Shown piece by piece: positions 16,427 to 24,494 of a stretch of 64,000 nt of DNA; the stretch's first letter is position 1; every line of letters begins with the position of its first letter. Below the pieces are notes generated by a model that was not told the origin of the DNA, searched no databases, and worked only from the letters and a program-made list of their open reading frames with translations. Source of the DNA: Betaproteobacteria bacterium (GTDB lineage: Bacteria; Pseudomonadota; Gammaproteobacteria; Burkholderiales; SG8-41); NCBI GenBank assembly GCA_025363435.1, contig JANYDY010000012.1, positions 3,091 to 67,090 on the forward strand, read 5' to 3'. The translations under genes were made by a program, and so were the position numbers.

Positions 16427-19279
16427 TCATTGCGCACCGCTGCCCAGGTGCGGCGCCGCGACGAACTGCGGCATCGAGACATCCGCTTCATCCGCCGTCG
16501 CCGCACGTATATTCACGCGCACATCGTACCAGCCGGCCTGGCCGGTGATCGGATCGGAGTTCGAATAACGCGCGCCGTCTTTAAGCGGCAGCTCTTCCGA
16601 GATCAGGTGATTCAACAGAAAGCCGCGCTGCGATTCATTGGCATCAGCACTCAAGCCCCACGCGCCTTTCGATTTGCCAATCGCATTCCACGTCCACACT
16701 GTGCCCGGCTCGACCGCCTCGCTGTAACGGCACATGCAGCGCACTTTGCCGTGCATTGATTCGACCCACATCCAGCCGCCATCGGCGATGCCCTGCGCTT
16801 CGGCCGTGCGCGGATTGACGAACAGATAGTTGTGCGTATGAATCTGGCGCAGCCAGGCATTCTGCGAATCCCAGGAGTGATACATCGCCATCGGTCGCTG
16901 TGTGACCGCGTTAAGCGGATAGAGATCGAGATCGGTCGCCTGCGCTTCGAGCGGTGCGTAATAAAACGGCAGCGGATCGAAATATTTATGCACGCGTTCG
17001 CGCAGCTCTGCAGGCGGCCGCTTCACATCCGGGCCGCGGCCTTCTGCGGCAAGGCGGAATTTCTGCAGCACTTCACAGTAGATCTGGATGACCACCGGAT
17101 CGGGAAATTTGCGCAGCTTCATTTTCTGCGCCCACTCGTGATAACCCTGATTCCAGTTACGCATATACTGATGTTCGGGTGGCATCTTATGGTGATACAC
17201 GCAGTTGTTCTTGGCGTACATCTCCCACTGGTTCGGGTTTGGTTCGCCGACCAGCGATTTAGAACCATCCTTGCCGCGCCAGCCGATGAGAAAACCCTGG
17301 CCCGAACCGGGCTCGGTCTCGAAATTGACGATGAAGTCTTTGTAGCTGGAAAACTTGCGCGTGCCGTCGGGCTTGGTAAACGCCGGAAACTTCAGACGCG
17401 AGGCGAGTTCGACGATCACGTCCTGAAACGGCCGGCATTCGCCTTTCGGCTCGACCACCGGCACGCGCACCGAGTCGCAGGGGCCGTCGAATTCCGAAAT
17501 CGGCCGGTCGAGCATCGACATCGTGTCATAGCGTTCGAGATAAGTTGTGTCCGGCAACAGCAGATCGGCGAATGCCGTGGTTTCGGATTCAAAAGCGTCG
17601 CAGACGACGAGGAAGGGAATCTTGTATTCCCCATCGGCGTTTTTGTCATTCAACATGCGCCGCGCTTCACTCGTGTTCATCGACGAGTTCCACGCCATGT
17701 TCGCCATGAATATCATCAAGGTGTCGATCGGATAAGGGTCGCCGCGCCAGGCATTGGTGATCACGTTGTGCATCATGCCGTGCACCGCCAGCGGATATTC
17801 CCAGGAGAACGCCTTGTCGATGCGCACCGGGCTGCCGTCTTCGTTGACGAACAGATCGTCGGGACGTCCGGGGAAACCGAGTGCTGCGCCATCGAGCGGC
17901 ATATCCGGTTTGACTGCATCGGGCTTGTTCGGATTGCGCGCGTAAACCGGCGGCGTGCTGCGCGGAAACGGCGCCTTGTGGCGGAAACCGCCGGGCCGGT
18001 CGATGGTGCCGAGCAGCGACATCAGAACAGACAATGTACGCACCGTCTGAAAACCATTCGAATGCGCAGCTAGTCCTCGCATGGCGTGGAAGGCAACCGG
18101 ATTGCCGGTGACGCTGTCGTGCTTGCGGCCCCAGCTGTCGGTCCACGCAATCGGCAATGTAATCTTGTGGTCACGCGCGGCAATGCCGATTTCGCGCGCC
18201 AACCGGCGGATCATTTCAGCCGATATGCCGGTAATGCCCGCCGCCCACTCCGGCGTCGAGTCGCGCAAACGTTCGCGCAACAGCTCGAATGCGGGTTTCA
18301 CCGGCGTGCCGTCCGCCAGCGTGTATTCGCCGGTCAGCGCCGGATCGGCGCCCTCGGTGTGGTTGACCACCGTGCGCCCGGAGTGACGATCCCACCATAA
18401 CTGGCTATGCCGGCGGAACGGGTTCTTCACCGCATCATCGGCTTCGCAGGCCATCAGGCCGAATTCATTGCTCGCCGTATCCAGATTCACCAGATAGCCG
18501 GCGTTGGTGTAACGCGCGAGAAACTCGCGGTCATACAAACCTTCGCGCACGATCTCGTGGCACAACGCCATCAACAGCGCGCCGTCGGTGCCGGGCTTGA
18601 TCGGCACCCATTCATCAGCCACCGCCGAATAACCGGTACGGATCGGATTGATCGAAATAAAACGCCCGCCATCGCGTTTGAATTTCGAAATCGCAATTTT
18701 CAGCGGATTGGAATGATGGTCCTCGGCGGTACCGAGCATGACAAACAGTTTGGCACGATCGAGATCGGGGCCACCGAACTCCCAGAACGAACCGCCGATG
18801 GTGTAAATCATGCCGGCGGCCATATTGACCGAACAGAAGCCGCCGTGCGCCGCGTAGTTCGGCGTACCGAACTGGCGCGCGAACAATCCGGTCAAGGCCT
18901 GCATCTGATCGCGGCCGGTGAAAAAAGCGAATTTTTTCGGATCGGTGGTGCGCAGCTTCGCCAGACGCTGCTCGATGGTGCTGAGCGCTTCTTCCCACGA
19001 AACCGGTTCAAACTCACCGGCGCCACGCTCGCTGCCGGCACGGCGCTTCATCGGTCGCGTCAGCCGCGCCGGCGAATTCTGCTTCATGATGCCGGAGGCG
19101 CCCTTGGCGCAGATCACACCCTTGTTCAGCGGATGCGCGGGATTGCCATCGATATAGCGTACTTCGCCGTCGCGCACGGTGACGCGGATGCCGCAGCGGC
19201 AGGCGCACATGTAACAAGTGGTGGTTTTAACCCCGTCCGCCGCATCGGGCGACGACAGCACTGCCGAGGCCGCAGTCAC
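16427..19279 (-). CDS. Bis-MGD molybdopterin oxidoreductase catalytic subunit without Tat signal (SoeA-like, cytoplasm-facing)
   Basis: 950-aa ORF with a GTG start. The N-terminal Fe-S motif C-x2-C-x3-C...C begins at residue 22 (TTTCYMCACRCG...VICAKG), which leaves no room for a twin-arginine leader. Confidence 0.9.
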   Translation of the reverse strand: MTAASAVLSSPDAADGVKTTTCYMCACRCGIRVTVRDGEVRYIDGNPAHPLNKGVICAKGASGIMKQNSPARLTRPMKRRAGSERGAGEFEPVSWEEALSTIEQRLAKLRTTDPKKFAFFTGRDQMQALTGLFARQFGTPNYAAHGGFCSVNMAAGMIYTIGGSFWEFGGPDLDRAKLFVMLGTAEDHHSNPLKIAISKFKRDGGRFISINPIRTGYSAVADEWVPIKPGTDGALLMALCHEIVREGLYDREFLARYTNAGYLVNLDTASNEFGLMACEADDAVKNPFRRHSQLWWDRHSGRTVVNHTEGADPALTGEYTLADGTPVKPAFELLRERLRDSTPEWAAGITGISAEMIRRLAREIGIAARDHKITLPIAWTDSWGRKHDSVTGNPVAFHAMRGLAAHSNGFQTVRTLSVLMSLLGTIDRPGGFRHKAPFPRSTPPVYARNPNKPDAVKPDMPLDGAALGFPGRPDDLFVNEDGSPVRIDKAFSWEYPLAVHGMMHNVITNAWRGDPYPIDTLMIFMANMAWNSSMNTSEARRMLNDKNADGEYKIPFLVVCDAFESETTAFADLLLPDTTYLERYDTMSMLDRPISEFDGPCDSVRVPVVEPKGECRPFQDVIVELASRLKFPAFTKPDGTRKFSSYKDFIVNFETEPGSGQGFLIGWRGKDGSKSLVGEPNPNQWEMYAKNNCVYHHKMPPEHQYMRNWNQGYHEWAQKMKLRKFPDPVVIQIYCEVLQKFRLAAEGRGPDVKRPPAELRERVHKYFDPLPFYYAPLEAQATDLDLYPLNAVTQRPMAMYHSWDSQNAWLRQIHTHNYLFVNPRTAEAQGIADGGWMWVESMHGKVRCMCRYSEAVEPGTVWTWNAIGKSKGAWGLSADANESQRGFLLNHLISEELPLKDGARYSNSDPITGQAGWYDVRVNIRAATADEADVSMPQFVAAPHLGSGAQ

Positions 19280-19408
19280 GGAAGACTGCGCAACGGGAAA
19301 TGCGGCAGCGGCTTATTCATGATCCGCATGCTACCAACATACGCATGCCGCCTGATTCAGTTTTTTTTATGTCTCCATAACCGCAGCGGCATGCCCGCAG
19401 GCGGCATG

Positions 19409-19936
19409 CTATTTGATGTACTGCAGCAGTTGGGCGCTGGTCTGGCGCAGGCGTTGCGACAGCAGCGTGACCAGCTTGATGAGGATTTTCGAGCCGAGTC
19501 CGGGTTTGTCGTGAATAATGCGACCCATATTGTCGCGCGTCAGCACACCGAAGGTGGTGTGGCGCAGCGCGATGCAGGTAGCGAAACGCGGCGCGCCGTC
19601 GATCATCGACATTTCGCCCAGCGTGGTACCCGCCTTTACCGAAGTCATGTACTGCTGGCCGCCGAGCAGATTGGTTTTGTAGATATCGACTTCGCCATCG
19701 ATCACCATCAGCATAAAGTCGCCGGTTTCGCCCTCCTGCAGGATGGTGTTCTGCGGCTTGGCTTTGTACACGTGCATGTACGAGGCAAGCACGTCGATGT
19801 CCTCGCGCGTGAACTCGGCGAAGAACTGCGAACGGCCGACCAGTCCGAAGATGGCGCCGGCATAGGCGGCGCCGTCACCGAGGTCTTCCAGTGCCTCCAG
19901 CCGCTTGCGATCCGACGCTTGTTCTGCCATCTGCAA
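19409..19936 (-). CDS. Stand-alone cyclic-nucleotide-binding (CAP/PKA-type CNB) domain protein
   Basis: 175-aa ORF with a beta-barrel region and a phosphate-binding-cassette-like segment TLGEMSMIDGAPRFATCIAL. No DNA-binding or other output domain. Confidence 0.8.
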   Translation of the reverse strand: MQMAEQASDRKRLEALEDLGDGAAYAGAIFGLVGRSQFFAEFTREDIDVLASYMHVYKAKPQNTILQEGETGDFMLMVIDGEVDIYKTNLLGGQQYMTSVKAGTTLGEMSMIDGAPRFATCIALRHTTFGVLTRDNMGRIIHDKPGLGSKILIKLVTLLSQRLRQTSAQLLQYIK

Positions 19937-19974
19937 CTCTCCCGCCCTGCGACGAAGTTAGTCTGCCGCCTGCA

Positions 19975-21045
19975 TTACTGCTCGGCTTCAGTGCGTTTGA
20001 CGCGGCGTTTGCGTACGCCGTCGGCCAGTGTCTCGAGCAGTTTGTGCGTATCTTCCCAGCTGATGCAGCCGTCGGTAATGCTCTGCCCGTAAACCAGCGG
20101 CTTGCCCGGCAACAGATCCTGGCGGCCGGCCTTGAGATGGCTTTCAACCATGATGCCGAAGATACGCTCTTCACCAGCAGATAACTGGCGCGCGATATCG
20201 GCGCCGACATTCATCTGTTTCTGCGCATCCTTGCTTGAATTCGAGTGGCTGAAATCGACCATCAGGCGTTGCGCGAGGCCGGCCTCCGCCAGCCCCTTGC
20301 CGGCGGCGTCGACGTTGGCGGCATCGTAGTTCGGCGCTTTGCCACCGCGCAGAATAATGTGACAGTCCTCGTTGCCCGAAGTCGACACGATCGCCGAGTG
20401 GCCCTGTTTGGTCACCGAGAGAAAATGGTGCGGCGCCTGCGCCGCGCGTATCGCATCGACCGCAATCTTGATATTGCCGTCGGTGCCGTTTTTAAAACCC
20501 ACCGGACACGACAGGCCTGAAGCGAGCTCACGGTGAATCTGCGACTCAGTGGTGCGCGCGCCGATCGCGCCCCACGACACCAGATCGGCGATGTACTGCG
20601 GCGTGATCATGTCGAGAAACTCGCAACCTGCCGGCACGCCCAGTTCGTTGATGGCGACCAGCAGTTCGCGCGCGATGCGTATGCCTTCGTTGATGTTGAA
20701 GCTGCCGTCAAGTTTCGGGTCGTTGATCAACCCCTTCCAGCCCACGGTCGTGCGCGGCTTTTCGAAATACACACGCATTACTATCAACAAATCGCCAGCT
20801 AAACGATCGCGTTCAGCCTTCAACTTGGTGGCGAACTCGCGCGCTGCTTTGACGTCGTGTATCGAGCAGGGCCCGGCAATCACCAGCAGGCGGTCGTCGG
20901 CGCCGTGCAGTATGCGGTGTATCGCCTGGCGCGTGCTGTAGGTGACCTCAGCGGCCTTGTCGGACAAGGGAAACTCGCGCAGCACTTCTGCCGGCTTCAC
21001 CAGTTCCTTGATTTCAAGTATCCGCAAATCGTCTGTTTTTTGCAT
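19975..21045 (-). CDS. aroG: Class I (AroG/F/H-type) 3-deoxy-7-phosphoheptulonate (DAHP) synthase; feedback specificity not determinable
   Basis: 356-aa ORF. Motifs GPCSIHD, KPRTTVGWKGL and GARTTESQ/H. Confidence 0.95.
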   Translation of the reverse strand: MQKTDDLRILEIKELVKPAEVLREFPLSDKAAEVTYSTRQAIHRILHGADDRLLVIAGPCSIHDVKAAREFATKLKAERDRLAGDLLIVMRVYFEKPRTTVGWKGLINDPKLDGSFNINEGIRIARELLVAINELGVPAGCEFLDMITPQYIADLVSWGAIGARTTESQIHRELASGLSCPVGFKNGTDGNIKIAVDAIRAAQAPHHFLSVTKQGHSAIVSTSGNEDCHIILRGGKAPNYDAANVDAAGKGLAEAGLAQRLMVDFSHSNSSKDAQKQMNVGADIARQLSAGEERIFGIMVESHLKAGRQDLLPGKPLVYGQSITDGCISWEDTHKLLETLADGVRKRRVKRTEAEQ

Positions 21046-21089
21046 GTCAGATCCGTTTCAACGCCGTTCAATGCGAGCAAAATCAGTAG

Positions 21090-21118
21090 ATTATAGCGCA
21101 ACTACCGCTCAACTCGAA
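21090..21118 (-). promoter_or_regulatory. Candidate sigma70 promoter for the DAHP synthase gene
   Basis: On the minus strand: TTCGAG, 17 nt, TATAAT (perfect -10, complement of 21090-21095), about 45 nt upstream of the ATG. Motif match only. Confidence 0.3.
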
Positions 21119-21167
21119 CGCGCGCAGGTTTGCGCTCAGCCAAGCGCGGCGATCAGGGTTGGCGCGC

Positions 21168-21734
21168 CTAATCGAGCGCGCGGTAGCGCACTTCGATGAT
21201 TTCGAGTTCTTCGACACCGCCGGGCGTGCGCAGCGTGACGACGTCGGCTTCACGCGCCTTGTTCAACGCGCGCGCCACCGGCGAGATCCAACTGATATGA
21301 CTGCGCGCCGGATCGACTTCATCCTGACCGACAATGCTGACGGTGCGCTCGACGCCCTTGCCATCGCAATAGGTGACGGTGGCGCCGAAGAACACCTGCT
21401 CGACGCCGCAGCGCGCCGGATCGACGACTTCGGCGATATCGAGACGCTTGGTGAGAAAACGGATGCGGCTGTCGATCTGGCGCAGACGGCGTTTGCCGTA
21501 CTGGTAGTCGGCGTTCTCTGAACGGTCACCGTTCGACGCCGCCCACGTCACCGTTTTGACAACAGTCGGGCGCTCGACGTCGAGCAGTTGCTGCATTTCG
21601 TTTTTCAGGCGCGCGTAGCCCGCCGGTGTAATGTAATTCTTCGCGCCGGCCGGCAACGGCGGCAAAGCGCCGGCTTCATCGTCGTCGCCCTGCGGCTGCG
21701 CGCGATCGCGCTCGAGATCGGCGAGCTTGCGCAT
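21168..21734 (-). CDS. greB: Transcription elongation factor GreB (with acidic N-terminal extension)
   Basis: 188-aa ORF. The Gre coiled-coil segment NYITPAGYARLKNEMQQLL and the C-terminal globular domain are visible. Confidence 0.9.
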   Translation of the reverse strand: MRKLADLERDRAQPQGDDDEAGALPPLPAGAKNYITPAGYARLKNEMQQLLDVERPTVVKTVTWAASNGDRSENADYQYGKRRLRQIDSRIRFLTKRLDIAEVVDPARCGVEQVFFGATVTYCDGKGVERTVSIVGQDEVDPARSHISWISPVARALNKAREADVVTLRTPGGVEELEIIEVRYRALD

Positions 21735-21745
21735 AAAGGCAAAAA

Positions 21746-23215
21746 CTAGGCGGTGCCGCCGACCGTCAGGCCGTCGATGCGCAGCGTCGGCTGACCAACG
21801 CCAACCGGCACGCTCTGCCCTTCCTTGCCGCAGGTGCCCACACCGGTGTCGAGCGCCATGTCGTTGCCTATCATGGCCACACGCGTCAGCACGTCCGGAC
21901 CGTTGCCGATCAGCGTCGCACCCTTGACCGGATACGTCACTTTGCCGTCCTCGATCATGTAGGCTTCCGACGCGGAAAACACGAATTTGCCGCTGGTAAT
22001 ATCGACCTGGCCACCACCGAAATTGACCGCATACAGGCCGTTCTTGACCGAGGCGATGATTTCTTTCGGATCACGATCGCCATTCAACATATAGGTGTTG
22101 GTCATGCGCGGCATCGGAATATGCGCAAACGATTCGCGCCGGCCGTTGCCGGTGACCGGCACGCCCATCAGGCGCGCATTCAAACTGTCCTGCATGTAGT
22201 TCTTCAACACGCCGTCTTCGATCAGCACATTGCATTGCGTCGGATTACCTTCGTCATCAACGTTGAGCGAGCCGCGGCGCGACTGTATCGTGCCGTCATC
22301 AACAACGGTGACGCCCGGCGCGGCGACACGTTCACCGATACGCCCGCTGAAGGCGGAACTACCCTTGCGGTTGAAATCGCCCTCGAGGCCGTGGCCGATT
22401 GCCTCGTGCAGCAACACGCCGGGCCAACCCGGGCCTAACACCACCGTCATCGGTCCGGCCGGCGCCGGGCGCGCATCGAGATTGGTCAAGGCCTGCTCAA
22501 CGGCTTTTTTCGCGTAGTCATCAAGCATCGCATCGTTGAAGTACGCGTAGTCGAAGCGACCGCCGCCACCGGCGCTGCCCTGCTCGCGGCGCCCGTCCTG
22601 CTCGACGATCACCTGCAGCGACATGCGTGTCAGCGGACGCACGTCGGCGGCAGTCACGCCGTCGCTGCGCGCCACCAGCATCACTTCATATTCGCCGGCG
22701 AGGCTGGCCATCACCTGCGTCACGCGCGGGTCGAGCGCGCGCGCCTTACGTTCGATTTTTTCCAGCAACGCCACTTTGGCGGCGTCATCAAGGCTCGCCA
22801 GCGGATCGCGCGGCACATAAAGACTGTGGCCGCTACCGCGACGCGCGATCTGCGTAGCGGCGTCGCCGCCCTGGCGCGCAATCGCGCGCGTCGCCTGCGC
22901 TGCAGAGGACAATGCGTTGAGGCTGATGTCATCCGAATACGCAAACGCGGTTTTTTCGCCGGTGATGGCGCGCACACCAACACCCTGGTCGATATTGAAG
23001 CTGCCGGATTTGACGATACCTTCTTCAAGACTCCAGCCTTCGCTGCGGCTGTATTGAAAGTAGAGATCGGCGTAATCGACTTTGTGTGCCAGCATCTGGC
23101 CGAACACCTGATCGAGCGCGTTTTGATCGAGCGAATGCGGCGCCAGCAGTGTGGCGTGCGCCGTTTCAAAAGCAGCGTCGCTTGCGGCGGTCTTGACGGT
23201 GGTGGCTTTATTCAT
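21746..23215 (-). CDS. tldD: Metalloprotease TldD
   Basis: ORF 21746..23410. The ATG at 23215 gives about 489 aa. [11 protein letters not shown] zinc motif. Conserved yhdP-...-tldD neighbourhood. Confidence 0.95.
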   Translation of the reverse strand: MNKATTVKTAASDAAFETAHATLLAPHSLDQNALDQVFGQMLAHKVDYADLYFQYSRSEGWSLEEGIVKSGSFNIDQGVGVRAITGEKTAFAYSDDISLNALSSAAQATRAIARQGGDAATQIARRGSGHSLYVPRDPLASLDDAAKVALLEKIERKARALDPRVTQVMASLAGEYEVMLVARSDGVTAADVRPLTRMSLQVIVEQDGRREQGSAGGGGRFDYAYFNDAMLDDYAKKAVEQALTNLDARPAPAGPMTVVLGPGWPGVLLHEAIGHGLEGDFNRKGSSAFSGRIGERVAAPGVTVVDDGTIQSRRGSLNVDDEGNPTQCNVLIEDGVLKNYMQDSLNARLMGVPVTGNGRRESFAHIPMPRMTNTYMLNGDRDPKEIIASVKNGLYAVNFGGGQVDITSGKFVFSASEAYMIEDGKVTYPVKGATLIGNGPDVLTRVAMIGNDMALDTGVGTCGKEGQSVPVGVGQPTLRIDGLTVGGTA

Positions 23216-23280
23216 GCGTTTCCTGCGGTAAATATTTGATATCGGGGCGGCCGCGCAATTACGCAAGCGCCGGTGACAAA

Positions 23281-24162
23281 TTAAATGCGGTGCAAAATCC
23301 GGTGTTTGAGCGCCGGCAAACTGTTGCGCAGGCGCTTCAGATATTCGGGATTGATACCGGCACTGACCACACCTGAACCGCGCGGCAGGCGGTCGAGCAC
23401 CACGCCCCACGGGTCGACGATCATGCTGTCGCCGTGGGTTTCGCGCCCGTTCACATGATACCCGCCCTGCGCCGGCGCCAGCACATAAGCGAGATTTTCA
23501 ATCGCGCGCGCGCGGATCAGCGTTTCCCAGTGCGCCTTGCCGGTGGTTTCGGTAAATGCCGAAGGCACGACGATGATATCGACCTCTTTCATCGCGCGGT
23601 AAAGCTCGGGAAATCGCAGGTCGTAACAGATCGACAGGCCGATGCGGCCGAACGGCGCCTCCACCGTCTGCACACTATTGCCCGGCTGTATGGTGCGCTC
23701 TTCCGAATAATGCTCGTCGCCCATATCGAAGCCGAACAGATGGATTTTGTCGTAGCGCGCGACCTGTTTGCCCTTGTCGTCGTAAACGAGGCAGCTGTTG
23801 CGCACTTTTTTTGCATCATCCGATTCAAGCGGCACCGAACCGCCGACGATCCAGATCTTGTGTTCGCGCGCCGTGTCCGCAAGAAACTGCTGGATCGGGC
23901 CTGTGCCCGGCGCCTCGCGCACCTTGACCTTATCGGTTTCCTGCAGCCCCATGATGGCGAAATACTCGGGCAGCGCGACCAGCCGCGCGCCGTCGGCCGC
24001 CGCTTTCGCAATCAGGCGCCGCGCCTCGTTCAGATTCGCGCTCACATTCGGCCCCGAGGCCATCTGCACGCCGGCAATGCGCACGCCTGCCGCGCCTGCC
24101 GCGGCCGGTGAAACCTGGTGCGGCCGCGCGCGACCGAATGAAGAAGCCGGCTTGGGCGTCAT
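23281..24162 (-). CDS. Carbon-nitrogen hydrolase (nitrilase superfamily, Nit/omega-amidase-like)
   Basis: 293-aa ORF. Glu-Lys-Cys triad contexts are visible ([23 protein letters not shown]). Confidence 0.9.
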   Translation of the reverse strand: MTPKPASSFGRARPHQVSPAAAGAAGVRIAGVQMASGPNVSANLNEARRLIAKAAADGARLVALPEYFAIMGLQETDKVKVREAPGTGPIQQFLADTAREHKIWIVGGSVPLESDDAKKVRNSCLVYDDKGKQVARYDKIHLFGFDMGDEHYSEERTIQPGNSVQTVEAPFGRIGLSICYDLRFPELYRAMKEVDIIVVPSAFTETTGKAHWETLIRARAIENLAYVLAPAQGGYHVNGRETHGDSMIVDPWGVVLDRLPRGSGVVSAGINPEYLKRLRNSLPALKHRILHRI

Positions 24163-24494
24163 TTCAATACTTCGATTTTCAACGCCTCATTAGGCTTGAC
24201 GTCGTTGAGCAGACTGATGCGCACGGCATCGACCGCCAGCGTCATCAGCCAGGCGCGCAGTTCCTCTGCCTGCAACAGCGGATTCTGGCCGTAGCCGTGA
24301 TGAATAACAATGCGCGAACCGGCCTCTGCAATATGCGCGCGCACCGCCTCGCGTATCGCCGGCTGCTCAAGTACTGCGCGCGCCGAGCGCGGCCGGTCCC
24401 ACAGCTCCGGCGCGATCACCAACTGCTCGGCGTAAACCACCGGCGCAATACCCGCGCTCAAGCACAGCAGTAGCGGCAGGGCGATGCGCTTCAT
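24159..24494 (-). CDS. Small (111 aa) secreted protein of unknown function
   Basis: Signal peptide MKRIALPLLLCLSAGIAPVVYA-EQ. GC3-rich coding look. ATGA overlaps with both neighbours (24491-24494 and 24159-24162). Confidence 0.6.
   Translation of the reverse strand: MKRIALPLLLCLSAGIAPVVYAEQLVIAPELWDRPRSARAVLEQPAIREAVRAHIAEAGSRIVIHHGYGQNPLLQAEELRAWLMTLAVDAVRISLLNDVKPNEALKIEVLK

Noticed and set aside
18407-20092. 561-aa plus-strand ORF antisense to the molybdoenzyme, CNB and DAHP synthase genes
   Set aside because: It spans three unrelated genes plus non-coding DNA, has no recognisable domain, and has shadow-ORF composition.
21746-23215. TldD and PmbA (62889..64000) as markers of a microcin or toxin-processing system
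   Set aside because: Both are ubiquitous housekeeping proteases in their usual conserved neighbourhoods. No precursor peptide, immunity gene or export gene is adjacent.
23216-23410. N-terminal extensions proposed by the ORF track: tldD to 23410, cinA to 52093, cspA to 7899, nusB to 54193, ribBA to 55863, and the btuF-like gene to 14838
   Set aside because: The extensions add Arg/Cys-rich or non-homologous sequence, overlap upstream genes, or lack an RBS. Internal ATG/GTG codons give canonical protein lengths, signal peptides and Shine-Dalgarno spacing.
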